Virus record (IMG/VR): IMGVR_UViG_3300045107_000440
Coordinates: 1 to 64,000 of that record
Origin: a virus
DNA: 64,000 nt
Reading direction: 5' to 3' (one strand)
Numbering within the stretch: position 1 is the first letter of the stretch; the number at the start of each line of letters is the position of its first letter. Shown here in pieces: positions 28,420-37,512 of this stretch. The notes beneath the pieces are model-generated. The model saw nothing but the letters and a program-made list of their open reading frames with translations, did no database searches and was not told the origin of the DNA. The position numbers and the translations under genes are program-made.

Positions 28420-28664
28420 GCGTCAACGAAGAATACGAGATGAAATTCCAGGAGTGCAAGAAGTACATTCCTTATGGGTTTATGAAAAAACTTTCTCAGA
28501 AGTTCGCGACCGACAAGAAGAACCCGGTGCAGTACATCCGGCAGGCGACAAAGAAAGGAAGGACGTTCACGAACTCCGATGTGGATCAGGCAATAATAGC
28601 CGAGGCTTTGAAGCAAATGCGCTCAAAGCAGGAGGTTATAAACAGGATAAACCAATTTATTTGA
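28416..28664 (+). CDS. hypothetical early protein
   Basis: ATG 28416 overlaps the upstream stop (ATGA). The track ORF starts at GTG 28404. Confidence 0.5.
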   Translation: MSVNEEYEMKFQECKKYIPYGFMKKLSQKFATDKKNPVQYIRQATKKGRTFTNSDVDQAIIAEALKQMRSKQEVINRINQFI

Positions 28665-28903
28665 TGATCAAGCTATCAAAGATAAAAAAGGCCAGGTACG
28701 AGATGGAAACTGAGGAGGAACAGAAGCACTTTAAAAGTGACTTCCTCGACATCTTCATCCTGTGCTTTTTCGCCATGATAGGGGTAGTTTGTGTTATGCT
28801 CCTGGCTGTAAGACTAGCGTTCTACGAGGACATGACGGGCCTTGCCGGGGTGTTATTTATTCTTCTGGCTGTCGCAGGAGCGGTATTGATGAGCAGGCGA
28901 TGA
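28664..28903 (+). CDS. small two-helix membrane protein
   Basis: ATG 28664 inside track ORF 28454..28903 (MIKLSKIKKARYEM...); two hydrophobic helices. Confidence 0.45.
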   Translation: MIKLSKIKKARYEMETEEEQKHFKSDFLDIFILCFFAMIGVVCVMLLAVRLAFYEDMTGLAGVLFILLAVAGAVLMSRR

Positions 28904-29061
28904 CCAAAAGAGAAAGATTGATGGAAAACATGATAAAGCACCGCCAGCGCGAGATGCTGACATCCCCAAATTTGGGATACAACCGAATGGAATTGTGGAT
29001 AGCTAAGGTGCAGAAGATGAAGGAAAAGTTGGAAAGTAGAAAGGTAAAAAAGGAAAATTGA
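28900..29061 (+). CDS. small hypothetical protein
   Basis: ATG 28900 overlaps the upstream stop (MTKRERLMENMIKHRQ...). Confidence 0.4.
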   Translation: MTKRERLMENMIKHRQREMLTSPNLGYNRMELWIAKVQKMKEKLESRKVKKEN

Positions 29062-29160
29062 TTTTTTGAATTTTAAAATAAGGGTTCTGCAAAACTTACT
29101 AAGCCCTTCGATAACCAGTGATCGATAAAAAGAAAGTCCTAGTTTTTGATTAGGTGGAAT

Positions 29161-29253
29161 CTGGGTAGTGTTACGACTTCACGAACCCAGTCAATTGGAT
29201 TGCCGAAAGGCTGAAATAAGAACACCTCCGCTGCGGGTTATTAACACTCCTTT
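29161..29253. other. non-coding element with 16S-rRNA-3'-end-like motifs
   Basis: tgttacgacttcac (29169-82) and cccagtca (29186-93) match the reverse complement of the conserved ...TGACTGGGGTGAAGTCGTAACA... segment. gaacacctcc (29220-29) and aacactccttt (29243-53) resemble the Bacteroidota 16S 3' tail. Hairpins at 29161-66/29185-90 and 29202-11. Confidence 0.4.
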
Positions 29254-29411
29254 AAAAGTAGGAATTGACAAGGGCGGGTGATTAAAAGCTAAGAAGCCCA
29301 ATACTGGTTAAATACTGGGCTTCCTCTATTGGACACTTGATTTGCTCATGACAAGCAAAGATAGTAAATCCAAGGAGAAGAAGTCGTATGTCTAATTGAA
29401 AAAGTTTAAAC

Positions 29412-29732
29412 ATGGAAAAAACTATCGAACAGAGGGCAAATGACTTTAAAGAGAAGCTAGCGCCATTTCTTAAAGACTTCGGAAGAGACACATTGAATGA
29501 CTTTTTTTACTACTGGACAGAGCACAATGAAGGGGGCCGGAAGATGCGATTTGAAATGCAAAAGGTTTTCAACGTAAAGAGACGTCTTGCCACATGGAAA
29601 AGGAACGAATCAAGGTATAATTTCAAGCCAAATGCAACAGGGATTAATCAAAAGCAACAACACTCAATCAGCCTCGCTCAGTCAACGATCGATCATTACG
29701 CTGATGTGCTCAAGCAAAATGGCGGAGGTTAG
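29412..29732 (+). CDS. hypothetical early protein
   Basis: Track ORF; first gene after the 350-nt non-coding gap. Confidence 0.55.
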   Translation: MEKTIEQRANDFKEKLAPFLKDFGRDTLNDFFYYWTEHNEGGRKMRFEMQKVFNVKRRLATWKRNESRYNFKPNATGINQKQQHSISLAQSTIDHYADVLKQNGGG

Positions 29733-30390
29733 CGCAATGCTTCCGAGCACGATTGTAGAGGCCTTAGAACTGTCTCCCATATCGGAAATGAAGAAACATG
29801 TGCCTGAAAAGAACATTGAAGCATTCATAGCGATAGAATTGAACAAATTGGCCTCTATGTTTAACGGAGACAGCCGATTGAACCTTCAGCCTAACCAAAT
29901 ACCGTTCATAGCCAACGCGCTTATAAACGAATTTAAAAACGAAAATCTGGCTGATTTCGTGATTTGCTTTAAAAGGGGTCTTATTGGCAAGTATGACGAA
30001 AAGCTGCTTCGGTTAGATGTTCACGTCATCTTCCAATGGATGCGGAAGTACCTGGATGAAAAGTACGAGGCGCTTGAAAACAAATTAATGGCCGAAAAGA
30101 CGCCAAAGGAAGATCAAAATTTACTTCCTGTTAAAACCAAAGAATCTGATTTCAATGGCTTGGAGTATTGGATGAAATACAATGGTTTCAAGGAGCCTAA
30201 AAAAGACAGTTCAGGAGAGTTTGCTCGGGAGGCAGTCCTTTTCCAATCAAAGAGAAAAAATTGGGATGTGGTTGTCGAAGATGAAGCCGGAAACGTCATC
30301 GGAAAAATTGAGAGCGTCTATGCCGAAAGTCAGGAGGATGCGAATAAGATGGTAGAGAAATTAATTAAATCAGGACAAATAAAACTATGA
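29719..30390 (+). CDS. hypothetical early protein
   Basis: ATG 29719 (MAEVSAMLPST...) within track ORF 29587..30390. Confidence 0.5.
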   Translation: MAEVSAMLPSTIVEALELSPISEMKKHVPEKNIEAFIAIELNKLASMFNGDSRLNLQPNQIPFIANALINEFKNENLADFVICFKRGLIGKYDEKLLRLDVHVIFQWMRKYLDEKYEALENKLMAEKTPKEDQNLLPVKTKESDFNGLEYWMKYNGFKEPKKDSSGEFAREAVLFQSKRKNWDVVVEDEAGNVIGKIESVYAESQEDANKMVEKLIKSGQIKL

Positions 30391-30686
30391 AAAAGATCAG
30401 ACACATGTCAGTAAGTATCGAAGGACTGCTTCGTAATCACTTAGGTAAGAAAATTAATTTCATGGAAGATGATAACGGTAAGCCGATGACTGACAAACAG
30501 GCTCGCGCTGAAATTGCAATACTTCAAGCTAAAGGACATAAACTAATACCGGCATCGAATAAGTGCGTTGGCTTTGATCCATTTGGCGGAGGATGCCCAG
30601 GCCATGAAGTCCCAGAAGACCCACGCGACAACCCAATTACAGGAGATGATCAGTGGATTCATGATGTGGATATGGGGGCAAAATAA
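30387..30686 (+). CDS. hypothetical protein (Cys/His cluster CVGFDPFGGGCPGH)
   Basis: Track ORF; 4-nt overlap upstream. Confidence 0.55.
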   Translation: MKKIRHMSVSIEGLLRNHLGKKINFMEDDNGKPMTDKQARAEIAILQAKGHKLIPASNKCVGFDPFGGGCPGHEVPEDPRDNPITGDDQWIHDVDMGAK

Positions 30687-30726
30687 AAATAATAAAACAC
30701 AATTCATTTTTAAATACATAACCACT

Positions 30727-31113
30727 ATGATCCCTGAACACGTACAACAAATTATCGACAAATTGAAAGAAGCAGGAATAAAGCCCAATACAGACCGCGT
30801 GGCCATCATTCCAGACACCCCGGAGCAAATGACAAAATCAGGGCTGTTCATCCCTGACACGGCAAAAGAAAGGCCAGAGACAGGATGGATTGTGGCGGTA
30901 GGAACCGGGAAACTAATCGATCAATTGATTTACAACCACCTGATTGAAGTGCGAAAGAAACTTGATCCTGCCTTTGAGGAAACGGAAGTTCCCGTTCAAT
31001 ACCAGGTCGGGGAGCACGTGTTGTTTGGCCGCCACGCAGGCACCGAACTGGAATACAAGGACATCAAGTTCATTGTCATGCGCGAAAGCGAGATTGCTTT
31101 TACCTTGGATTAA
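30727..31113 (+). CDS. groES: co-chaperonin GroES/Cpn10 homologue with an insertion
   Basis: IKPNTDRVAIIP...KSGLFIPDTAKERPETGWIVAVGTGK...VGEHVLFGRHAGTELEYKDIKFIVMRESEIAFTL follows the GroES consensus. Confidence 0.75.
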   Translation: MIPEHVQQIIDKLKEAGIKPNTDRVAIIPDTPEQMTKSGLFIPDTAKERPETGWIVAVGTGKLIDQLIYNHLIEVRKKLDPAFEETEVPVQYQVGEHVLFGRHAGTELEYKDIKFIVMRESEIAFTLD

Positions 31114-31114
31114 A

Positions 31115-31279
31115 ATGCCCAAAGGACAATATGCCAGGAGGAAAACTGGCAAACAAAAGAAACGCGAGGACATGATGGATGATGGAGAACTGAAAGAGGC
31201 CTATGTAAAGATAAGGGTAAAATATGCCCTGCGAGGAATTGAATTACCATGCCCAACAACGCTGAAATTATTCAAGTAA
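31115..31279 (+). CDS. small basic protein
   Basis: ATG 31115 lies 2 nt after the groES stop (MPKGQYARRKTGKQKKRED...). Confidence 0.4.
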   Translation: MPKGQYARRKTGKQKKREDMMDDGELKEAYVKIRVKYALRGIELPCPTTLKLFK

Positions 31280-31284
31280 AAAAA

Positions 31285-31320
31285 CTTCCGCCCGAAAAAA
31301 ATTGGCCATCAGGGCGGAAG
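31285..31320. terminator. hairpin between convergent operons
   Basis: Stem cttccgccc/gggcggaag, with an A-run on the left (a T-run for the minus-strand portal transcript). Confidence 0.55.
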
Positions 31321-31328
31321 TTAAAAAA

Positions 31329-33740
31329 TTACGATCGTACTTGTACCTTGTTTTTGGCCTCGGTAAGCATTTTGGTCTTTAACAGATCAATGTGACCCTT
31401 TAACTCGGCTTCGTTCAGGTTGGCCATTAATTCAGCTTCTTTTGCGGTTAAATCCATCCCTTTAATTGTCTTCTGCAAGATGTAATCCAGTTGAGCTTTC
31501 TCCCGGAGAATTGTAGTTTCTTTTTCAAGGTCTATCATTGATTTCTCGCGATAAACTTCAAGATCAAGCTGCATGGTTTTCCGTTTTTCTTCCTCTGCTT
31601 GTTGTGCCGCTTGAACATTCCCCTGAGCCTGGGCATTCATCTTCTGGATTTCTGCCTGCTGCTGTTCGTTCTGGCGCTGACGGATCTTCTGTTCTAAAAG
31701 CAAATAAGCCCGCTGCAAATTGTTTTCGTTTTCAATCAGGAACGCATCTTGCGGCTGCAACACACCTCCGGAGGCTTTCAAGTTGGCATTCAAGTGCTGG
31801 AATAACCGCTGGCGCATTTCGGTATCAATGCCGGCATCTACCTTAATGCCAAAATCCAGGAGATTCATGTCTTTATTTACCACCATGTCCCTGCGATCTC
31901 CCAGGGCTTCCTCTACTCCGGGATTTCTTCCCAACGTCTGAGCATCGGGCACTAATAGACACACTTTCCTCGCGGTTTTCTCATAGAGGTTTATGTAAGC
32001 GTGCCAGATGTTTCCAAGCGCGTTATTGGTATTTCCCTCCACCATTTGCGCAAGAGATTTTCCTGTCTTCGGGTCAGGTGTGCTACTATCTGTAATCTCA
32101 TTTAATCCCAAGATCGATCGCAGGAGGTCAATCTGCTGCACTATTAAATTCAAGAATCCCTGGGCTGCCTCTGGCGTGTCTCCCATGATCTTTTCCAGCG
32201 GCTTGAAAGGGTAGGGTCTTCCGTTTTGATCAGTTCCCACGTAGATCATCGATCCGGTTTCAGCATACATCTGTATGATGTCCTGAATGCTCAGTTTCTT
32301 ATTGCCGACCGTCACTGCCTGCAAAGCTCTTCGCTCGATCGCCAATCCGCTGGGCTTAATCTGCGCCAGCGCATGTTGGTAATTTAACCAGTTGATTTGA
32401 ATGTTATCCAAAATTGGCTCGCACTGTCTTACAATAGAATCGAAGTCCAAGGTGTACATCGCTGTTCCCAGCTCGCAGTCAAATAAACTTCTCACGCTTC
32501 GGATCATGTCATGCTGCGGCCCGTAGTTATAGATGTAGTTGGTGTCCACAATCCAATAAGCCTGATGCACCATGTTAACGGTATCTCTTATCAGCTCGCG
32601 ATCTTCTCCTTTCTTCTTGTAATATTCCAGGTATTGCTCATCGCCAATTCCTTGTTTATCGAGCCAGTAAGGATTGTCCTTTTTGGTTACAGTCTTCTTT
32701 CCCTTCTTGTTTGGCGCAACCACGTAGGCTACATCCGAGGCGCTGAAAAACTCAGCTTCAAGCACAGTTATCCTTTCATGATCCCAAGGATACCTGTTGT
32801 GGGTGAGGAAATAACTGTCGGCACCCATCGCTGTATAGTAGTTCTTTTTAGTCGCGGCATTGGCGATGTTCGCGTAATCCTGGGTGGAGAAAGTGTTCTT
32901 TGGAACCGACTGACGCAATTCCGAGATAGTAATGATCGTATATTCCCCCACGCGTATCATGTCCGAGAAATCGACCTTCGTACAAGTGTTGGTAATTGTC
33001 TGCTCGGGGTTTCTCTTCTTTATCCTGATTCGGCCCAGGTTATCCATAAACGTCCTGGTGGCCGCCAGACCAAGGTCAATAATGTCATCCATCAATTGAA
33101 CTTCCAGTTCTTTCCAGTCGGATAAAAGAAAGGATAATTCAATCTGGTCTTTCATGTGCATGATGTACTTGTTTTTCGGGTACATATCCACATAGAGGTC
33201 TACTTCATTTGAATTGTGAGGTATTACCTCCCCTGGTTCAAATGGAGATTGTACACTGTGGCCGTCAATGGGAGGGAGGGAGTTAAGAAACTCTTTATTG
33301 GTGATGTACTCCATGATCTCCGACTTCCTTTTGCGCTCCTTTGTGGAACTCACCTGGTCGATGGCCGTCAGAATAATGTCTTTTGGAATCTTCAATAACC
33401 TATTTTTGATCACGGTCTTAAACCTTGGAAACACCGGTAAAATATTCCAATCCAGGTTTCTCCACGACTGATCTTTTTTGCCGTGTCTTTTCACCACCCC
33501 GAGAAGTTCCTTGTATTGATCGATCGGCTGCTTACCCCTGGCGTACAGTCGCCACTTCTGGTAATCCTGGTATGCCCATCGTAGGATCATGGCGTTGCCG
33601 CTGGTAAATTCCCGGTGGAAGGCCTTCATGTATTGAAGGTGCCACGTCTTGTTCTTTTTTTCGAGCGGTAAAAAATGAGACGGGAATCCGTAGTCGTTGG
33701 ATTTGTCTTTTAATACTTGTTCGCTGGCTTGCCCTGTCAT
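31329..33740 (-). CDS. portal protein candidate (803 aa)
   Basis: Called from size and from its position immediately downstream of the large terminase. C-terminal coiled coil. No motif verified. Confidence 0.5.
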   Translation of the reverse strand: MTGQASEQVLKDKSNDYGFPSHFLPLEKKNKTWHLQYMKAFHREFTSGNAMILRWAYQDYQKWRLYARGKQPIDQYKELLGVVKRHGKKDQSWRNLDWNILPVFPRFKTVIKNRLLKIPKDIILTAIDQVSSTKERKRKSEIMEYITNKEFLNSLPPIDGHSVQSPFEPGEVIPHNSNEVDLYVDMYPKNKYIMHMKDQIELSFLLSDWKELEVQLMDDIIDLGLAATRTFMDNLGRIRIKKRNPEQTITNTCTKVDFSDMIRVGEYTIITISELRQSVPKNTFSTQDYANIANAATKKNYYTAMGADSYFLTHNRYPWDHERITVLEAEFFSASDVAYVVAPNKKGKKTVTKKDNPYWLDKQGIGDEQYLEYYKKKGEDRELIRDTVNMVHQAYWIVDTNYIYNYGPQHDMIRSVRSLFDCELGTAMYTLDFDSIVRQCEPILDNIQINWLNYQHALAQIKPSGLAIERRALQAVTVGNKKLSIQDIIQMYAETGSMIYVGTDQNGRPYPFKPLEKIMGDTPEAAQGFLNLIVQQIDLLRSILGLNEITDSSTPDPKTGKSLAQMVEGNTNNALGNIWHAYINLYEKTARKVCLLVPDAQTLGRNPGVEEALGDRRDMVVNKDMNLLDFGIKVDAGIDTEMRQRLFQHLNANLKASGGVLQPQDAFLIENENNLQRAYLLLEQKIRQRQNEQQQAEIQKMNAQAQGNVQAAQQAEEEKRKTMQLDLEVYREKSMIDLEKETTILREKAQLDYILQKTIKGMDLTAKEAELMANLNEAELKGHIDLLKTKMLTEAKNKVQVRS

Positions 33741-33761
33741 ATCACATGTAGGTTAAAAAAT

Positions 33762-36005
33762 TTAATTATATCGGCTTCGCTCTCCCTCTTGGTTGTAAGT
33801 GGGGAATATCTCTTCCAAGTCAAATACCGTTTCCTCGCTGATGTCAGTGACGGTCGCCATGGTGGCGATGCCCGTCCATAGCGCTCCCATGACGGCATCG
33901 TACTTTGTTCTCTCTTTAATTGAAAATCCAATAGCTTGCTTCAATAAATTGGGGAACACCACGCGTCTTCCGTGGTTTTCAAAGAAGCTGACAAGCCACT
34001 GCACACCGGCACTTACATTTTGCTCGACTGCTGTGAGGCTTTTCCATGCGTCATTCTCTCCCTGGGAGATTACCGTAGGATCATAGTCACCTTTAAATAG
34101 CACGAAGTTTCCATATCCCCGCTGTTCCAGGTATTGGCGCAAGTTGTTTACGTTATCCTCCGGTTGTATAGAGCATCCAAAGTACCTCATGCACTTGATT
34201 GTGTCCTCGCCAAAAATCTCGAATTCATTGGGCCGGAAGAGGTATTCACAAATGAAATTATGGGACTTCCATTCAGACTGTTTTTTGCCCATATCCACCG
34301 AAGGATCGTACATGCGCCAGACGTAAAGGCTGGCTTTTGATGCTCGCGGGTCGTCTGTTTTTGTCCATCGGATAGGGTCGGAGCCCATGCGGAACATCCG
34401 ATTGTTACGAGGCATCCATATTTTCTTGCCGTCAAAGACCTCGCTGCCTACACGGTTGGTTATCCTCTTGTCTCCATCTACGTATTCACCTTCAGCGTCC
34501 GGCCAGTAGTGAAGGTTAAATCTTCCATTTAAGTCATCGCGGACAAAAATTACGTCACCGTCTTTCTTGTCTTTCCACTCAAAATTGCCTTTGATGAATA
34601 AATCGCGGTTTAGCTTATCCAATTCATCTAACCGATTTTGAAGGATCATGACATTGAAAGGGCTTTCCTTGGTGTCCATCATCTTCGCCTCGGACCAACT
34701 GAGAGGATATTTTCTTACCACTTCCGTGAACTGCTGCACATTTCCTTTCTTGGGCTCGCGCTCTTCCTTTATCTGGGTCATCGCCCCTTTATAAATTCTC
34801 TTCCCCTCTTCATCTATTACGATCTGGTCAGGTTTAGGATCTTCAATTACCGCGCGGCCGTATTCGTCAAAGACAATCCCTTCCACGGCTGGAATGAAAA
34901 GCCCTAAAAGCCCGGAGGTGGTTTTCCCGTTCTTATTTTTCTTCATCAAAGAAGGCTTGCTGTCTTCAAACATCTGGATGAAGTTTGCGCCACCGGCATT
35001 CAGTTCTTCGATGGTGGTAGGGGCGTAGATGAATCCTATTTTTTCAAAGCCCTCGCGCGTGGAGGGAATGATTACGTTTAAGGTTTTGTATACGTCTTCA
35101 TTCTCCCACTTACCAGGTTCTTCCATGCTGTACTCATGGAGTTTATAACCATCGTAGGCGGTGGAAATGGTTTCTCTGAAGTCTACCATGGAATTCAGTT
35201 CATTATCCATCTGGTCCTCTTCCCAGATTTCCACCCCTTCCTTGGTTCGGATCATTGGAGAATTAAACCTTATGCCGGTCTTTACACCAGAGCGGTAATC
35301 CCACACGGGGCGGAAGAAGTCCGGCTGGTGTTTGAAACCGTAGACAAACGATTCGATGAATTTATCTTTCGCGTCTTTGATTTTCTGCGCTTGCATGCCT
35401 CCCTTCCTGTTTTTCTTCCAGGAAGTGCCATACCAAAGGTTGTGCATGGAAATCGCGGTCTTCCCGCGCCTGCGGTTGGTACTTTCAACCAATCCATGTA
35501 AAAGCGGGTGATCCTTGCAAAATTGAATGCAGTAGAATTCCTTCATGAGCGAAGGCCGGAACCTCGGATATCCGAATTCCTGCTTCCACCAATTGAAGTA
35601 ATCGTAGGCCTGGCCAGTTAGGTAAATGTATTCCGTAGGACGTCCCTCGCGGTTTCCGAGGCATATCCACACGCCATTGATTTTCCGTATCCACTCCTGC
35701 TGACGGAACCGATCAGCATTGGGGTTGACGTAATTGGAGTCCTGTCTTTGGTTTTCCTTTTCATCCCTGCGCCAGAGTTTCCAGTCTTTTGGCAGCTCGC
35801 TCCTTTTCCACTTCTGATCTTCGATCGGAAGGTCCGAAAACAGGATTTCGCATGGAACAATTTGATGGCTGGCCCGGCCGCTATCCGGATCGGGTATGCG
35901 GTCGATGGTAAACCCCACGGGGGGTAAGTTTATTTCAATGACCTCATCATCCCACAGAATGCGGTGAATACTGCCGTCAGGGATGGGTGTGTGAAGGCCG
36001 TACAT
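33762..36005 (-). CDS. terL: terminase large subunit
   Basis: Walker-A-like NRRRGKTAIS in the N-terminal half, a 747-aa two-domain size, and a packaging-operon context. Confidence 0.65.
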   Translation of the reverse strand: MYGLHTPIPDGSIHRILWDDEVIEINLPPVGFTIDRIPDPDSGRASHQIVPCEILFSDLPIEDQKWKRSELPKDWKLWRRDEKENQRQDSNYVNPNADRFRQQEWIRKINGVWICLGNREGRPTEYIYLTGQAYDYFNWWKQEFGYPRFRPSLMKEFYCIQFCKDHPLLHGLVESTNRRRGKTAISMHNLWYGTSWKKNRKGGMQAQKIKDAKDKFIESFVYGFKHQPDFFRPVWDYRSGVKTGIRFNSPMIRTKEGVEIWEEDQMDNELNSMVDFRETISTAYDGYKLHEYSMEEPGKWENEDVYKTLNVIIPSTREGFEKIGFIYAPTTIEELNAGGANFIQMFEDSKPSLMKKNKNGKTTSGLLGLFIPAVEGIVFDEYGRAVIEDPKPDQIVIDEEGKRIYKGAMTQIKEEREPKKGNVQQFTEVVRKYPLSWSEAKMMDTKESPFNVMILQNRLDELDKLNRDLFIKGNFEWKDKKDGDVIFVRDDLNGRFNLHYWPDAEGEYVDGDKRITNRVGSEVFDGKKIWMPRNNRMFRMGSDPIRWTKTDDPRASKASLYVWRMYDPSVDMGKKQSEWKSHNFICEYLFRPNEFEIFGEDTIKCMRYFGCSIQPEDNVNNLRQYLEQRGYGNFVLFKGDYDPTVISQGENDAWKSLTAVEQNVSAGVQWLVSFFENHGRRVVFPNLLKQAIGFSIKERTKYDAVMGALWTGIATMATVTDISEETVFDLEEIFPTYNQEGERSRYN

Positions 36006-36680
36006 TTAAGCGTATTTGATTATGCCAGCAAAGTTTTCCGGGGTCATGTAGCGCGTTTTGAGCGCCACGGTCTTCACATCCTCGTGGTCGCCAAATATTT
36101 CCCTCTCCAGGGCGTCAAGGCTCGCGTGAATCTTGTCGCATTGCTCGCGTAACTTGGTTTTCTCCGTGGCGGCCTTGTACTTGTCGATGTCTTCCGGAAT
36201 GTCATCGTAGTCTACCTTCTTCTTGCCTTCATCATCGGTCGTGACGGTTTTGCGTTTCTTTCCGGTTTTACCATCGATTTGCTCCCAGCGCAGGCGTGTG
36301 TATTCATCCAACTCTTGGGTGAGGGTCTGCCACTCGCGGTACTTGCGATTGTGGTATATTTCCTTGAAAAAGCAGTCCAAAAGCGTCAAAAGCGCTTCAT
36401 CCGTGCAGTCAAAGAGCGCCCGCAGGTTGTCGGAATCCTGATATCCTGCCAGGTCGGCCGCGTGCTTCTTGCGAGAAGACAAGTCCGAGACCTCACGTAT
36501 TAAATCACTTCCGGGATCGTAGAGGAAAATAATGTATCGGATGAGAAGGTTCTTTTTTGGCGCGCGCAGTTTCTTTATTACCTCGTATTTGGCCAATTCA
36601 GGGAATTTCTCCAGCACGTCATCTTCCGGGGGGAAATCGTAGATTTTGAACTTCAGCTTTTGAAAACGGATGATATTCAT
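36006..36680 (-). CDS. hypothetical protein, small-terminase candidate by position
   Basis: ATG at 36680 (MNIIRFQKLKF...) overlaps the upstream stop. Its stop abuts the terL start. Confidence 0.4.
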   Translation of the reverse strand: MNIIRFQKLKFKIYDFPPEDDVLEKFPELAKYEVIKKLRAPKKNLLIRYIIFLYDPGSDLIREVSDLSSRKKHAADLAGYQDSDNLRALFDCTDEALLTLLDCFFKEIYHNRKYREWQTLTQELDEYTRLRWEQIDGKTGKKRKTVTTDDEGKKKVDYDDIPEDIDKYKAATEKTKLREQCDKIHASLDALEREIFGDHEDVKTVALKTRYMTPENFAGIIKYA

Positions 36681-36922
36681 TCGATGGCGATTATTGAAGC
36701 TGGCTTGATGATTACATAGGATTGGCCGTTGAATTGGATTTGATCTCCGGCATACTTCTGGAATACAATGGTGGTCCCCATAGGGATTTTGCCATCCGAG
36801 CATTCAACTACCCCACGGTGGACGGTCTGGCCTTTCTTTAAGAAAAGCGGGGGTATGATTACGTTCTTGGATTCTTCGGGCGGGAAAGGTTTTACTAGGA
36901 TATTCTGGTTTCTGGCGATCAT
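36677..36922 (-). CDS. second GroES/Cpn10-like protein (81 aa)
   Basis: NILVKPFPPEE...IIPP...HRGVVECSDGKIPMGTTIVFQKYAGDQIQFNGQSYVIIKPASIIAIE fits the GroES fold pattern. Confidence 0.55.
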   Translation of the reverse strand: MIARNQNILVKPFPPEESKNVIIPPLFLKKGQTVHRGVVECSDGKIPMGTTIVFQKYAGDQIQFNGQSYVIIKPASIIAIE

Positions 36923-37443
36923 ATTTTTTCAAGAATTTTGAAAGCATTTTCAGGCCTTAACTCAATCAGTCCTTCATCGCTGGGATGGGGATCGTGATAA
37001 AGTTTACCATTCATGTATATCACAATGTGATCTACTCCACGACTTGATTTTCCTTGGGCTAAGTAGGGAGTATTAGGATTTTCTTTGAGCCATTGATCAA
37101 TATCCTCAATGTATTTTTCTTTGTATCCGACAGACGCAAGCCAGTACTCAAAAACCAGTGACCATAAATTCATTGTCATCGATGTGGCGCTGTGAAAATT
37201 GTCTTTTTGGTATTCCTCACCAGTAAAATCTGATATTTTTTGACCGTTTAAATATCGATTTTCAAAGTATTTTGAGAGGTTTCTATTGTTTTCCTTTGTC
37301 CAATACAACAGGTGAAAATAAGGCACTTCATGAAGCTCCAAATCAAGCAAACAAGCCAAAACAGTGGGGTAGCAACTGCCATGTTGAATCAGGTCGCCAT
37401 CCGAATTTCTTACCACCAAATGCTCTTGCTTATGAAATTTCAT
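36919..37443 (-). CDS. hypothetical protein, possible papain-like Cys/His peptidase
   Basis: HGSCYPTVLACLL near the N-terminus and VDHIVIYMNGKLYHDPH near the C-terminus suggest a Cys-His dyad. This is weak evidence. Confidence 0.5.
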   Translation of the reverse strand: MKFHKQEHLVVRNSDGDLIQHGSCYPTVLACLLDLELHEVPYFHLLYWTKENNRNLSKYFENRYLNGQKISDFTGEEYQKDNFHSATSMTMNLWSLVFEYWLASVGYKEKYIEDIDQWLKENPNTPYLAQGKSSRGVDHIVIYMNGKLYHDPHPSDEGLIELRPENAFKILEKI

Positions 37444-37445
37444 TA

Positions 37446-37464
37446 ATTTAGAATCATTCTAAAT
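37446..37464. promoter_or_regulatory. 19-bp palindrome ATTTAGAATCATTCTAAAT (late operator/activator site candidate)
   Basis: Perfect 9-bp arms. The same element occurs at 60788-60806 and 63211-63229. Confidence 0.55.
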
Positions 37465-37466
37465 AA

Positions 37467-37474
37467 CAAATGTA
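37467..37474 (-). promoter_or_regulatory. -7 box TACATTTG (minus strand)
   Basis: Upstream of the packaging operon start at 37443; followed by the palindrome at 37446-37464. Confidence 0.5.
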
Positions 37475-37512
37475 AAAATATTTTACTATTTTCGAAGCAA
37501 AATTTGACTTTT

